Shown: piece by piece, positions 28,161 to 42,400 of the stretch
How the letters are laid out: each line of letters starts with the position of its first letter
Numbering within the stretch: the first letter of the stretch is position 1
From: the human T2T-CHM13v2.0 reference genome, Homo sapiens
Reading direction: 5' to 3'
DNA length: 64,000 bases
NCBI GenBank assembly: GCA_009914755.4
Contig: CP068257.2
Location: 6,432,001-6,496,000 of the forward strand
The notes under the pieces: generated by a model
The model's input: the letters and a program-made list of their open reading frames with translations, nothing else
The model's database searches: none
Told to the model about the DNA's origin: nothing
Translations under genes and position numbers: made by a program

Positions 28161-31100
28161 GAATGGAATGGAAGCAACCCGAGTGTAATGGAATGGAATG
28201 GAAAGTAATGGAATGGAATGGAATGGAATCAAACGGACTGGAATAGAATGGAATGGAAAGGAATGGATTTGAATAGAAGGGAATGGAATGGAATTGAATG
28301 GAATGGAACCAACCCGAGTGGAGTGGTATGGAATGGAATGGAATGGTATGGAATGGAATGGAATGGAATGAAACCGTGGGGAATGGAATTTAAGGGAATT
28401 GAATGGAATGGAATGGAATGGAAACAACCCGAGTGGAATGGAATGGAAGGGAACGGAATGGAATGGAATGTATTGGAATGGAAACGAATGGAATGGAATG
28501 GAAATAACACGAGTGCAGTTGAATGGAATGGAATCGAAAGGAATGGAATTGCATAGAATCAACCCGAGTGGAATGGAATGGAAAGGAATGGAATGGAATG
28601 GAATGGAATGGAATGGAATAGAATGCAATGGAATCAACCCGAGTGTAATGCAATGGAATGGAATGGAATGGAAAAGAAGGAATAGAATGGATTCAAACCG
28701 AGTGGAATGGAATGGAATGGAATGGAATGGAATGGCATGGAAACAACATGAGTGGAATGGAATGGAATGGAATTGAATGGAATGAAATGAAGTCGAATGG
28801 AATGGAATAGAATGGAATTAAATTAACCCGAGTGCAATGGAATGGAATGGAAAGGGAACAACCCGAGTGGAATGGAAAGGAATGCCATGGAATTGAAGGG
28901 AATTGAATGGAATGCAATGGAATGGAATCAACCCGAGAGCAATGGAATAGAAGGGAATGCAATGGAATGGAATGGAATAGAATGGACTTGAATATACCCA
29001 CATGGAACGGAATATAATGGAAAGGAATAGAATGGAATGGAATGGAATGGAATGGAATGGAATGGAATCAACCCTAGTGGAATGGAATGGAAGGGAATGG
29101 AACGCAACGGAATGGAATGGAATGCAATGGAATGGAATGGAATGGAATGGAATGGAATGAAATGGTATAGAATGGAGTTGCATATATCGAAGTGGAATGG
29201 AATGGAATAGAATGGAATGAAATCAACCCGAGTGGAATGGAATGGAATGGAATAGAATGGAATGGAACTCAATGGAATGGAATGGAATGGAATGGAATGG
29301 AATGGAATGGAATGGAATAGCATGGAAAGGAGTCAACCTGAATGGAATGGAATGGAATGAAATGGAATAGAATCAACACGAGTGGAATGGAATGGAATGG
29401 AATGGAATGGAATGGAATGGAATGGAATTCAATGTAGTACAGTGGAATAGAATCAAACCGAGTGGATTGGAATGGAATGGAATGGAATCAACTCGAGTGG
29501 AATGGAAAGGAATGTAATGTAATGGAATGGAATGGAAGGGAATGCAATGGAATGGAATGGAATGGAATGGAAGGAAATGGAATGGAATGCAATGGAATGG
29601 AATGGAAGGGAGTGGAATGGAATGGAATGCAATGGAATGGAATGGAAGGGAGTGGAATGGAATGGAATGGATTGGAATGGAATGGAATGGAATCTACCCG
29701 AGTGGAATGGAATGGAAAAAAATGGATTGGAGTAGAATGGAAGGGAATGGAATTGAATGGAATGGATTGGAATCAACCAGAGTGAAGACGAATGGAATGG
29801 AATGAAATAGAATGAAATGGAATGGAATAGATTGGAAACGAATCTACCAGCGTGGAATGGAATGGAATGGAATGGTGTGGAATCAACATGTGTGGAATGG
29901 AATGGCATGGAATGGAATGGAATGGAACGGAATCAACACAAGTGGATTGCAATGGAATGGAATGCAATGGAATGGAAAAGAATGGCATGGAACGTAATGG
30001 AAAGGAATGGAGTCAACCCGAGTGGAATGGCATGAATTGGAATGGAACGGAATGGAATCAACCCGAGTGGAATGGTATGGAATTCAATGGAATGGAATGG
30101 AATGCAATGGAATTGAATGGAATCAACACGAGTGAAATGGAATGGAATGCAAGGGAATGGAACGGAATAGAATGGTATGAAATCAACAGGTGTGGAATGG
30201 AATGCACTGGAACGGAATGGAATGAAATGGAATGGAATGGAGTGGAATGGAATGGAATGGAATGAAACGGAATCAACACGAGTGGAATGGAATGGAATGG
30301 AATGGATAGGAATGGAATTAAAACGAGTGGAATGGAATGGAAGGCAATGGAATGGAATTGAATGGAATAGAAGCATCCCGATTGGAATGGAATGGAATGG
30401 AATGGAATGGAATGGAATAGAATGGAATGGAAAGGAATGGAATGGAATGGAATTAACACGAGTGGAATACAATGAATCGGAACGGAATGGAATGGAATGG
30501 TATTGAGTGGAGTTGAATGGAATGGAATGGAATGGAATCAACACGAGTGGAATGGAATGGAGTAGAATGGCATGGAATGGAAAAGTATGGAATTGAATCT
30601 ATGCGAGTGGAATGTAATGGAATGGAATGGAATGGATTGGAATGAAATGGAATGGAATGGATTGGAATCAAATGCAATCAAACCGAGTGGAAAAGAGTAG
30701 AATGTAATGGAACGGAATGTAATGGAATAGAAAGAATTGAATCAACCCGAGAGGAATGGAATGGAATGGAATGGAATGGAATGGAAAGGAATGGAATGGA
30801 ATGGAATGGAAAGAAGAGTGGAATTGAATCAATCTGAGTGGAATGGAATGGAATGGAATGGAATGGAATCAATAGATTTGAATCAACCCAAGAGGAATGG
30901 AATGCAATGGAATGGAATGGAATGGAATGGAATGCAATGGAATGCAATGGAATGGAATGGAATGGAATGGAATGGAATGTAGTAGAATGTAATTGAATCA
31001 ACCCGAGTGGAATGGAATGGAATGGAATGGAACGGAATGGAATGGAGTCAACCCGAGTGGAATGGAATGGAATGGAATGGAATGGAATGGAATGGAATGG

Positions 31101-34100
31101 AATGGAATGAAATGGAATGCAATTGAATAGAATGGAATTGAATCATCCCCCTTGTGGAATGGAATTGAATGGAATGGAATGGAACAGAATGGAATGGAAT
31201 GGAAAGCAATGGAATGGAGTGGAGTGGATTGGAATGGAATGGAATGCAAAGGAATGGAATGTAGTGTAATGGAATGGAATGGAATGGAATCAACCCGAAT
31301 GGAATTGAATGGAATGGAATGGAATGTAGTGAAATGCAATAGAATGGAATTGAATCAACCTGACTGGGAATGGAAAGGAATGGAATGCAGTGGAATGGAA
31401 TGGAATGGAATAGAATGGAATTGAATCAACCCGAGTGGAAAGGAATGGAATGGAATGGAATGGAATGGAATAAAATGGAATGGAATGGAATGGAATGGAA
31501 TGGAATAAAATGGAATGGAATGGAATGGAATAGAATATATTTGAATCAACACTGAGTGGAATGGAATGGAATGGTATGGAATGGAATGGAATGGAATGCA
31601 ATGCAATGGAATAGAATTGAATTGAATCAACCCGAGTGGATTGGAATGGAATGGAATGGAATTTAATGTAATGGAATGGATTGAAATGAATTGGAACGGA
31701 ATGGAATGGATTGGAATTGAATCAACCCGAATGGAATGGAATGGAACAGAAGGGAATTGAATCAACCCGATTGGAATGGAATGGAATGGCTTGAAATGGA
31801 ATGGAATGGAATGGAATAGAATGGAATTTAAAGAATTTAATCAAACCAAGTGGAATGGAATGGATTGGTATGGAATGGAATGGAATGGACTTGAATAAAC
31901 CGGAGTGGAATTTAATGGAATGGAATGGAATGGAATGGAATGGAATGGCATCAACCCGTCTTGAATGGAATGGAATGGAATGGAATGGAACAGATTTGAA
32001 TTGAATCATCCCGAGTGGAATGGAAGGGAGTGGAATGGAAGGGAGTGGAATGGAATGGAATGGAATAGAATGGAATTGAATCAATATGAGTGGAATGGAA
32101 TGGAATGGAATGGAATGACATGGAAAGGAATGGAATGCAATGGAATGGAATAGAATGGAATTTAATCAACCCGAGTGGAATGGAATGGAACGGAATGGCA
32201 TGGAAAGGAAAGGAATGGAATGCATTGGAATGGAAAGGAATCAACAAGAATGGAATGGAATGGAATGGAATGGAATGAAGTGAAATGCAATAGAATGGAA
32301 TTGAATCAACCCGAGTGCAAAGGAATGGAATGAAATGTAATGGAAAGGAAAGGAATAGAATGGAATGGAATGGAATGGAATGGAATGGAATGGAATTGAT
32401 TTGAATTAAGCTGAATGGAATGGAATGGAATGGAATAGAATGGAATTGAATCAACACGACTGTAATGGAATGGAATGGAATGCAATGCAATGGAATGGAA
32501 TGGAATGGAATAGAATGGATTTGAATCAACTCCGATTGGAATGCAATAGAATGGTATACAGTGGAATGGAGTGGAATCGAATAGAATGGAATTGAATCAA
32601 CCCGAGTGGAATGGAATGGAATGGAATGGAATGGAATGGAATGGAATGGAATGGAATAGAATGGAATGAATCAACCCAAGTGGAATGGAATGGCATGGAA
32701 TAGAAAGGAATTGAAGGGAGTGGAATAGAATGGAATGGAATTGAATAGAATGCAATGTAATGGAATGTAATAGAATGGAATTGAATCAAACCCTGTGCAA
32801 TGGAATTGAATGGAATGGAATGCAGTGGAATAGAATGGAATGGAATGGAATAGAATGGAATTGATTAAACTCGAGTGGAATGGAAAGTAATGGTGTGGAA
32901 TTGAATGAAATGGTATGGAATGGAGTGGTATGGAATAGAATGGAATGGAATGGAAGGGAATAGAATGGAATTGAATCACCCAAATGGAATGGAATGGAAT
33001 GGAATGGAATGGAATAGATTGGAATGGAATAGAATGGAATTGAATCAACCTGAGTAGAATGCAATGGAATGGAAAGGAATGGAATGGAATGGAATGGAAT
33101 GGAATCAACCCGAGTGGTATGGAATGCAATGGAGTGGAATGGAATCGAAGGGAATACAATGGAATTAAATTAACCCGAGTGTAATGGAATGGAACGGAAA
33201 GGAATGGAATAGAATGGAATTCAATCAACCCAAGTGGAATGGAATGGAATTAAATGGAATGGAATTGAACGCAATGAAATGTAATGGAATGGCATGGAAT
33301 GGAATGGAGTGGAATGGAATCAACACTAGTGGAATGGAATGGAAAGGTATGGATTGGAACGGAATGGAATGGAATTGAATGGAATGGAATGGCAGGAAAT
33401 GGAATGGAATGGAACAGAATGGAAATGATTTAACACGAGTGTAATGGAATGGAATGGTATGGAATGGAGTGGAATGGAATGGAATGGAATGGAATGCAGT
33501 GGAATAGAATGGAATTGAATCAACCTGAGTGGAACAGAATGGAACGGAATGGAATGGAATGGAATGGAATGGAATGGAATGGAATAGAATGGAATTTAAT
33601 CAACCCGAGTGGAATGGAATGGAATGGAATGCAATGGAATGCATTGGAATGGAATGGATTTGAAAGGAATGGAATCAAAGCGAGTGTAATGGAATGGAAT
33701 GGCATGGAAAGGAATGGAACCAAATGGAATAGAATGAAATTGAATCAACCCAAGTGGAATGGAATAGAATGGAATGGGACGGAATAGAATGGAATGCAAT
33801 GGAATGGAATGGAATATAGTAGAATCGAATTGAATCAACCCGTGTGGAATACAATGGAATGGAATGCAGTGACATGGAATGGAATGGCATGTAATGGAAT
33901 GGAATAGAATGGAATTGAATCAACCCGAGTATAATGGAATGTAATGCAATAAAATGGCATGGAATGGAATGGCATGTAATGGAATGGAATAGAGTGGAAT
34001 GGAATCAACCCAAGTGGAATGTAATGGAAAGGAACGGAATGGAATGGAATGGAATGGAAACAACCCGAATGGAGTGGAATGGAATGGAATGGAATGGAAT

Positions 34101-36821
34101 GGAAGGGAATGGAATGGAATGGAGTGAAATGCAATAGAACGGAATTGAAGCAATCCGAGTGGAATGGAATGGAATGGAATGGAATGGAATGGAATGGACT
34201 GGAATGGAATGTAATGCAATAGAATGGAATTGAACTAATATGAGTGGAATGGAATGGAATGGAATGGAATAGAATGGAATTGAATCAACTGGAATGGAAT
34301 GTAATGGAATGGAATGGAAAGGAATGGAATGGATTGGAATGGAATGGAACTGAATCAACCCGAGGGTAATGGAATGTAATGAAATGTAATGGAATGGAAT
34401 GGATTGGAATGCAATGGAATGGAATGGAATGGAATGCAATGGAACGGAAGAGATTGGAAATGAATCAACACCAGTGTAATGGAATGGAATGGAATGGAAT
34501 GGAATGGAATGGAATGGAATGGATTTGAGTGGAATGGAATAGAATGCAATTGAATCAACCGGAGTGCAATATAATGGAAAGGAATGGAATGGAATGGAAT
34601 GGAATGGAATGGAATGGAATGGAATAGAGTGGAATGGAATGGAATGGAATAGAGTGGAATTGAAACAAACCGAGTGGAACGGAATGGAATGGAATGGAAT
34701 GGAATATAATGGAACTGAATCAAACCGAGGGGAACGGAATGGAATGGAATGGAATAGAATGGCATGGAATGGAATGGAGTGGAGTAGACTGGATATGAAA
34801 CAAACCGAGTGGAATAGAATGGAATGGAATGGAATAGAATTGAATTGAAACAAACCGAGTGGAATGGAATGGAATGCAATGGAATGGAATGGAATGGAAC
34901 TTAATAGAATGGAATTGAATCAACGCACGTGGAATGGAATGGAATGGATTGGAATGAAATGGAATGGATTGGAGTGGAATGTAATAGAACGCAATTGAAA
35001 CAACCCGATTGGAAAGGAATGGAAAGGAATGGAATGGAATGGAACAGAATGCAATTGAATCAAGCAGGAAGGAATACAATGGAATGGAGTTGAATAGAAT
35101 GGAATGGAAAATAATGGAATTGAATCAACCTGAGTGGAATGGAATGGAATGGAAAGGAATGGAATGGAATGGAACGGAGTGGAATACAAAGGAATTCAAT
35201 CAACCCAAGTGGAATGGAATGGAATGAAATGGAATGGAATGGGATGGAATGAAATTGAATGGAATGGAATGGAATCAACCCGAGTGGAATGGAATGCAAA
35301 GGAATGCATTGGAATGCAATGGCAGGGAATTGAATGGAGTGGAAATGAATGGAATGGAGTGGAATGGAATAGAATGGAATTGAATCATCTCATGTGGAAT
35401 GGAATGGAATGGAATGGAACGGATTGCATTGGAATTCAACGGATTTGAGTGGAATGAAATAGAATGCAGTTGAATCAAAACGAATGGAATGAAATGGAAT
35501 GGAAAGGTATGGAATGGAAGAGAATGTAATTGAATCAACTTGAGTGGAATGGAATGGAATGGAAAAGAATAGAATGGAATGGAATAGAATGGAATAGAAT
35601 CAAACTGAGTGGAATGGAATGGAATGGAAAGGAATGGAATGGAATACAATAAACCCAAGTGGAATGGAATGGAATGAAATGGAATGGAAGGGAATGGAAT
35701 ACAACGAAATGGAATGAATGGAATGGAATGGAATGGAAAGGAATGGAATGGAATGGATTGGAATAGAAAGAATTGAATCAATCCGAGTGGAATGGAATGT
35801 AGTGGAATGGAATGGAATGGAATGGAATGGAATGGAGTGGAGTAGATTGGATATGAAACAAACCGAGTGGAATGGAATGGAATGGAATGGAATGGAATGG
35901 AATGGAATAGAATTGAACTGAAACAAACCGAGTGGAATGGAATGGAATGCAATGGAATGGAATGGAATGGAATGGAATAGAATGGAATTGAATCAACGCA
36001 TGTGGAATGGAATGGAATGGATTGGAATGAAATGGAATGCATTGGAGTGGAATGTAATAGAACGCAGTTGAAACAATCCGATTGGAATGGAATGCAATGG
36101 AACAGAATGCAATTGAATCAACCAGGAAGGAATACAATGGAATGGAGTTTAATAGAATGGAATGGAAACTAATGGAATTGAATCAACCTTAGTGGAATGG
36201 AATGGAATGGAAAAGAATAGAATGGAATGGAATAGAATGGAATAGAATCAAACTGAGTGGAATGGAATGGAATGGAAAGGAACGGAATGGAATGGAATGG
36301 AATGGAATGGAATGGAATGGAACGGAACGGAAAGGAATACAATGGAATACAATCAACCCAAGTGGAATGGAATGGAATGAAATGGAATGGAAGGGAATGG
36401 AATGCAATGAAATGGAATGAATGTAATGGAATGGAATGGAAAGGAATGGCATGGAATGGAATGGAAAGGAATAGGATGGAATACAATCAACCCATGTGGA
36501 ATGGAATGGAATGAAATGGAATGGAAGGGAACGGAATGCAATGAAATGGAATGAATGGAATGGAATGGAATGGAATGGAATGAAATGGAACGGAATCATC
36601 CCGAGTGGAATGGTTTGCAAATGAATAGAATGGAATGGACTGGAATGGAATGGAATTGAATGGAGTGGAATGGAATGGAATGGAGTGGAATGGAATAGAT
36701 TGGAATGGAATCAAACAGAGTGGAATGGAATGGAATGGAATGGTTGGAATGCAATAGAATGGAATGGAATCAACGTGAATGGAATGGAATTGAATTGAAT
36801 GGAATGCAATTGAATGGAATG

Positions 36822-36856
36822 CATTCCATTCCCCTCCACTCGAGGGGAATGGAATG
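36822..36856. repeat. Perfect 15-bp inverted repeat with 5-nt spacer: cattccattcccctc-cactc-gaggggaatggaatg
   Basis: Read directly. The left arm is the exact reverse complement of the right arm. It is the only place I saw CATTCC on the + strand inside the GGAAT array. Confidence 0.9.
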
Positions 36857-39435
36857 GTTTGGAATGGAGTGAATTGCAATAGAAAGGATTTGAATGAACC
36901 CGAGGGCAGTGTAGTGGAATGGAGTGGAATGGAATTGAATGGAGTGGAATTTGGTCAACCCGAGTGTAATGTAATGGAATAGAGTGGAATGGAATGGATT
37001 TGAATTCACCCGACTGGAATGAAATGGAATGGAAAGGAATGGAAGAGAATGGAATGTATTCAACCCGTGTGGAATGGAATGGAATGGAGTGGAAACGAAT
37101 GGAACGGAACAGATAGGAATTGAATTAACCCCTGTGGAATGGAATGGAATGGAGTGGAATCGAATGGAATAGAATGGCGTGGAATAGAAAGGAATTGAAT
37201 TAACCCAAGTGGAATGGAATTGAAAGGAATGGAATGGACTGGAATGGAATGGAATGGAATGGAATAGAATGCAATTGAATCAACCCGAGTGGAATGGAGC
37301 GGAATGAAATGGAATGGAATGGAATGCAATGGAATGCAACGGAAAAGATTGGGACTGATTTAACACGAGTGGAATGGAATGGAATGGTGTGGAATAGAAT
37401 GGAATGCTATGGAATAGAGGGGAATGGAATAGAATGGAATGGAATGGAATGGAGTTGAATGGATTAGAATGGAATTGAATAAACCCTAGTGGAATGGAAT
37501 GGAATGGAAAGGAATTTATTGGAATTGAATCAACTCGAATGGAATTAAATGCAATGGAACGGAATGGAATGGAATTGAATCAACCAAAGTGGAATGGAAT
37601 GGAATGGAATGGAATGGAATGGAATAGAATGGAAAGCAATGAAATGGAAAGGAATGGAATGAAATGGAATGGATTGGAATGGAATCAATCCGAGTGCAAT
37701 GGAATGGAAAGGAATGGAATGAAAAGGAAAGGAATGGAATGGAATGGAAAGGAATGGAATGGAATAGAATGCAATTGAATAAACCCAAGTGGAATGCAAT
37801 GGAATGGAATGGTATGGAAAGGAAAGGAATGGAATGGAATAGAATGGAATGGAATCAAACCGAATGGAATGGAGTGGAATGGAATGAATTGGAATAGAAA
37901 TGTATTGCATTAACATGAGTGGAATGGAATGGAATGGAATGGAATAGAACAGAATGCAATTGAATAAACCCGAGTGGAATGGAATGGAATGGAATAGAAA
38001 GGAATGGAATGGAATAGAATGGATTTGAATCAACCCCGAGTGGAACAGAATGGGATGGGATGGAATGGAATGGAATGGAATGGAAAGGAAATGAATGGAG
38101 TGGAATAGAATGGAATGGAATGGAATTGAATGGAAAGGACTGGAATGGAACAGATAGGAATTGAAACAACCCCTGTGGAATGGAATGGAATGGAGGGGAA
38201 TCGAATGGAATGGAATGGAGTGGAATAGAAAGGAATTGAATCAACACAAGTGGAATGGAATTGAAAGGAATGGAATGGAATTGAATCAACCCGAGTGGAA
38301 TTGAAGAGAATGGAATGGAATGGAATGGAATGGAATGGAATGCAATGGAATAGAATGGAATTGAATCAACCCACGTGGTATGGAATGGAATGGAATGGAA
38401 AGGAATGGAATGGAGTGGAATAGAACGGAATGGAATGGAATGGAATGGAATACAATGGAATAGAATGCAATAGAATGGAATTAAATCAACTCCCTTGTGA
38501 AATGGAAGGGAATGGAATTGAATGGAATGGAATGGAATGGAGTGCAGTGGAATGGAATGGAAGGGAATGGAAAGGAAAGGAATGTAATGTAATGTAATGG
38601 AATGGAATCAACACGAATGGAATCAATGGAATTGAATGGAATGGAATAGAACGTAGTGAAATACAAGGGAGTGGAATTGAATCAACCCGACTGTAAAGGA
38701 ATGGAATGGAATGGAACGGAATAGAATTGAATTAAATTAACCTGAGTGGAATGGAATGGAAGGGAATGGAGTGGAATGGAATGGAATGGAATAGAATGGA
38801 ATTCAATCAACCCGAGTGGAATGTAATGTAATGGAATGGAATGGAATAGAATGGATTTGAATTAACACCGAGTGGAATGTGATGGAATGGTATGGAATGG
38901 CATGGAATGGAATGGAATGGAATGTAATTGAATGGAATGGAATAGAATGGAATTGAATCAACCAGAGTGGAATGGAATATAATGGAATGGAATGGAATGG
39001 AATGGAATGGAATGGAATGAAATGGAACAAACCCGAGTGGAATGGAATGGAATGGAATGGAATGGAATGGAATGGAATGGAACGGAATGGAATAGACTGG
39101 AATTCATTTAAAGCGAGTTTAATGGAATGGAATGGTTTGGAATGGAATGGAATGGAATGGAATGGAATGGAATGGAATGGAATGGAATATAATGGTATTT
39201 AATCCACCAGAGTGGATTGGAATGGAATGGAATGGAATGGAATGGAATGGAATGGAATGGAATGGAATGGAATGGAATTGAATGCAATGGAACAGAATGG
39301 AATCGAATCAACCCGAGAGGAATGGAATTGAATGGAATGGAATGGAATGGAATGGAATATAATGGAATTGAGTCAACCGGAGTGGAATTGAATGGAATGG
39401 AATGGAATGGAATGGAATGGAATTGAATGAAATGG

Positions 39436-42400
39436 AATGGATTGGTATAGAATGGAATTTAAACTACTCGATTGGAATGGAATGGAATGGAATGGAAAGG
39501 AATGGAATGGAATGGAATAGAATTGAATGGAATCAACCCGAGTGGAATGGAATGGAATGGAATGCAATGGAATAGAATGGAATTGAATCAACCCGTGTGG
39601 AATGGAATCGATTGGAATGGAATGGAATGGAATGGAATGGAATGGAATGGAATGGAATAGAATGGAATTGAATCAACCCGAGTGAAAAGGAATGGAGTGG
39701 AATGGAATGGAAAGGAATGGAATGGAATGGAATGGAATGGAATGGAAATGAATCAACCCGAGTGGGTTTCAATGGAATGGAATGAAAGGAAGGGAATGGA
39801 GGGGAATGGAATAGAATGGAATCGAATGGAAAGGAAAGTAATGGAATCTACCCGAGTAGAATGGAATGGAATGGAATGGAATGGAATGGAATAGAATGGA
39901 ATTGAATCAACCCGAGCAGAATGGAACGGAATGGAATTGAATGGAAAGGAATGGAATGGAATGGCATAGAATGGAATTGAATCAACCGAAATGGAATGGA
40001 ATGGAATGGAATGGAGTGGAATGGAATGGAATGGAATGGAATAGAATGGAATTGAATGAACATGAGCGGAATGGAATGGAATGGAATGGAATGGAATGGA
40101 ATTGAATCAATCCGAGTGGAGTGGAATGGAATGGCATGGAATGGAATGGAATGGAATGGAATGGAGTTAAATGGAATGCAATGGAATAGAATGGAATTGA
40201 ATCAACCAGTGTGGAATGGAATGGAATGGAATGGAATGGAATGGAATGGAATGGAGAGGAATGGAATAGAATGGAACTGAATCAACCCGAGTGGAAAGGA
40301 ATGTAATGGAATGGAATTAAATGGAAGTGAATCAACCCGAGTGGAATTAAATGGAATGGAATGGAAAGGAAGAGAATGGAATGGAATCGAATGGAAAGGA
40401 AAGTAATGGAATCGACCCGAGTAGAATGGAATGGAATGGAATGGAATAGAATGGAATTGAATCAACCCGAGTGGAATTGAACGGAATGGAATAGAATGGA
40501 ATAGAATAGAATTGAATTAACCTGAGTGGAATGGAATGGAAAAGAATGGAGTGGAATGGAATGGAATGGAATGGAATAGAATGGAATTGAATCAAGCCGA
40601 GAGGAATGTAATGTAATGTAATGGAATGGAATAGAATGGATTTGAATCAACACCGAGTGGAATGGTATGGAATGGTATGGAATGGAATGGAACGGAATGT
40701 AACTGAATGGAACGGATTAGAAAGGAATTGAATCAACCCGAGTGGAATGGAATGGAATGGAATGCAATGGAATGAAAGAGACTGGAATTCATTTAGACGG
40801 AGTTTAATGGAATGGAATGGTATGGAATGGAATGGTATGGAATGGAATGGAATGGAATGGAATGGAATGGAATGGAATGGAATATAATGGTATTTAATCA
40901 ACCCGAGTGGATCGGAATGGAATGGAATGGAATGGAACAGAATGGAATCGAATCAACCCGAGAGGAATGGAATTGAATGGAATGGAATGGAATGGAATGG
41001 AATATAATGGAATTGAGTCAACCGGAGTGGAATGGAATGGAATGGAATGGAATTGAATGAAATGGAATGGACTGGTATAGAATGGAGTTGAAACTACTCG
41101 ATTGGAATAGAATGGAATGGAATGGAATAGAATTGAATGGAATCAAACCGAGTGGAATGGAATGGAATGGAATGGAATGGAATGGAATGGAATGGAATGG
41201 AATAGAGGTAAATGGAATGCAATGGAACAGAATGGAATTGAGTCAACGCGTATGGAATGGAATGGATTGGAATGGAATGGAATGGAATGGAATAGAATGG
41301 AATTGAATCAACCCGAGTGGAAAGGAATGGAATGGAATGGAATGGAATGGAACGGAAATGAATCAACCCGAGTGGAATTCATTGGAATGGAATGGAAAAG
41401 AAGGGAATGGAGTGTAATGGAATGGAATGGAATCGAATGGAAAGGAAAGTAATGGAATCTACCCGAGTAGAATGGAATGGAATGGAATAGAACGGAATTG
41501 AATCAACCCGAGCAGAATGGAATGGAACGGAATGGAGTGGAAGGGAATGGAGTGGAATGGAATGGAATGAACACGAGTGGAATGGAATGGAATGGAATGG
41601 AATGGAATGGAATGGTTTAGAATGGAATTGAGTCAATCCAGGTGGAATGGAATGGAATGGCATGGAATGGAATAGAATGGAACTGAATCAACCCGAGTGG
41701 AATGGAATGGAATGGAATGGCATGGAATGGAATGGAAGGGAATGGAATGGAATGGAATGGAATGCAATGGAATTGAATCAACCCGAGTGAAATGGAATGG
41801 AATGGAATGGAAAGCGAAGGGATGGAATGGAATGGAATGGAATGGAATCAACCCGAATGGAATGCAGTGGAATAGAATGCTATGGGGTGGAATGGAATGG
41901 AATGGATTGCAATGTAATGAAATGCAATAGAATGGAATTGAATCAACCCAAGTGGAATGGAATGGAATGCAATGGAATGGAATCGAATGCGATAGAATTG
42001 AATTGAATTAACCTGAATGGAATGGAATGGAATGGAATGCAATGGAATGGAATTGAATCAACCCGAGTGGAATGGAATGGATTGGAATGGAATGGAAGGG
42101 AATGGAATGGAATAGAAATGAACCAACCCGAGTGGAATGGAATGGAAAGGAATGGAATGTAATGGAATGCAATGGAATGCAATGGAATGGAATGGAATGG
42201 AATGGAATGGAATGGAATGGAATGGATTGGAATGTGGTGGAATGGAATAGACTGGAGTTGAATCAACCCGAGTGGAATGGAATGGAATGAAATGGAATGG
42301 AATGGAATCAACCCGAGTGGAAAGGAATGGAATGGAATACAATTCAATGGAATGGAATGGAATGGAATGGAATCAACCCGAATGGAATGGAATGGAATTG

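Noticed and set aside
36837-36846. ctcgag (XhoI) site and other restriction-site palindromes inside the 36822-36856 hairpin as a functional motif
   Set aside because: It is a 6-bp palindrome expected by chance and merely forms part of the larger inverted repeat, with no independent significance.
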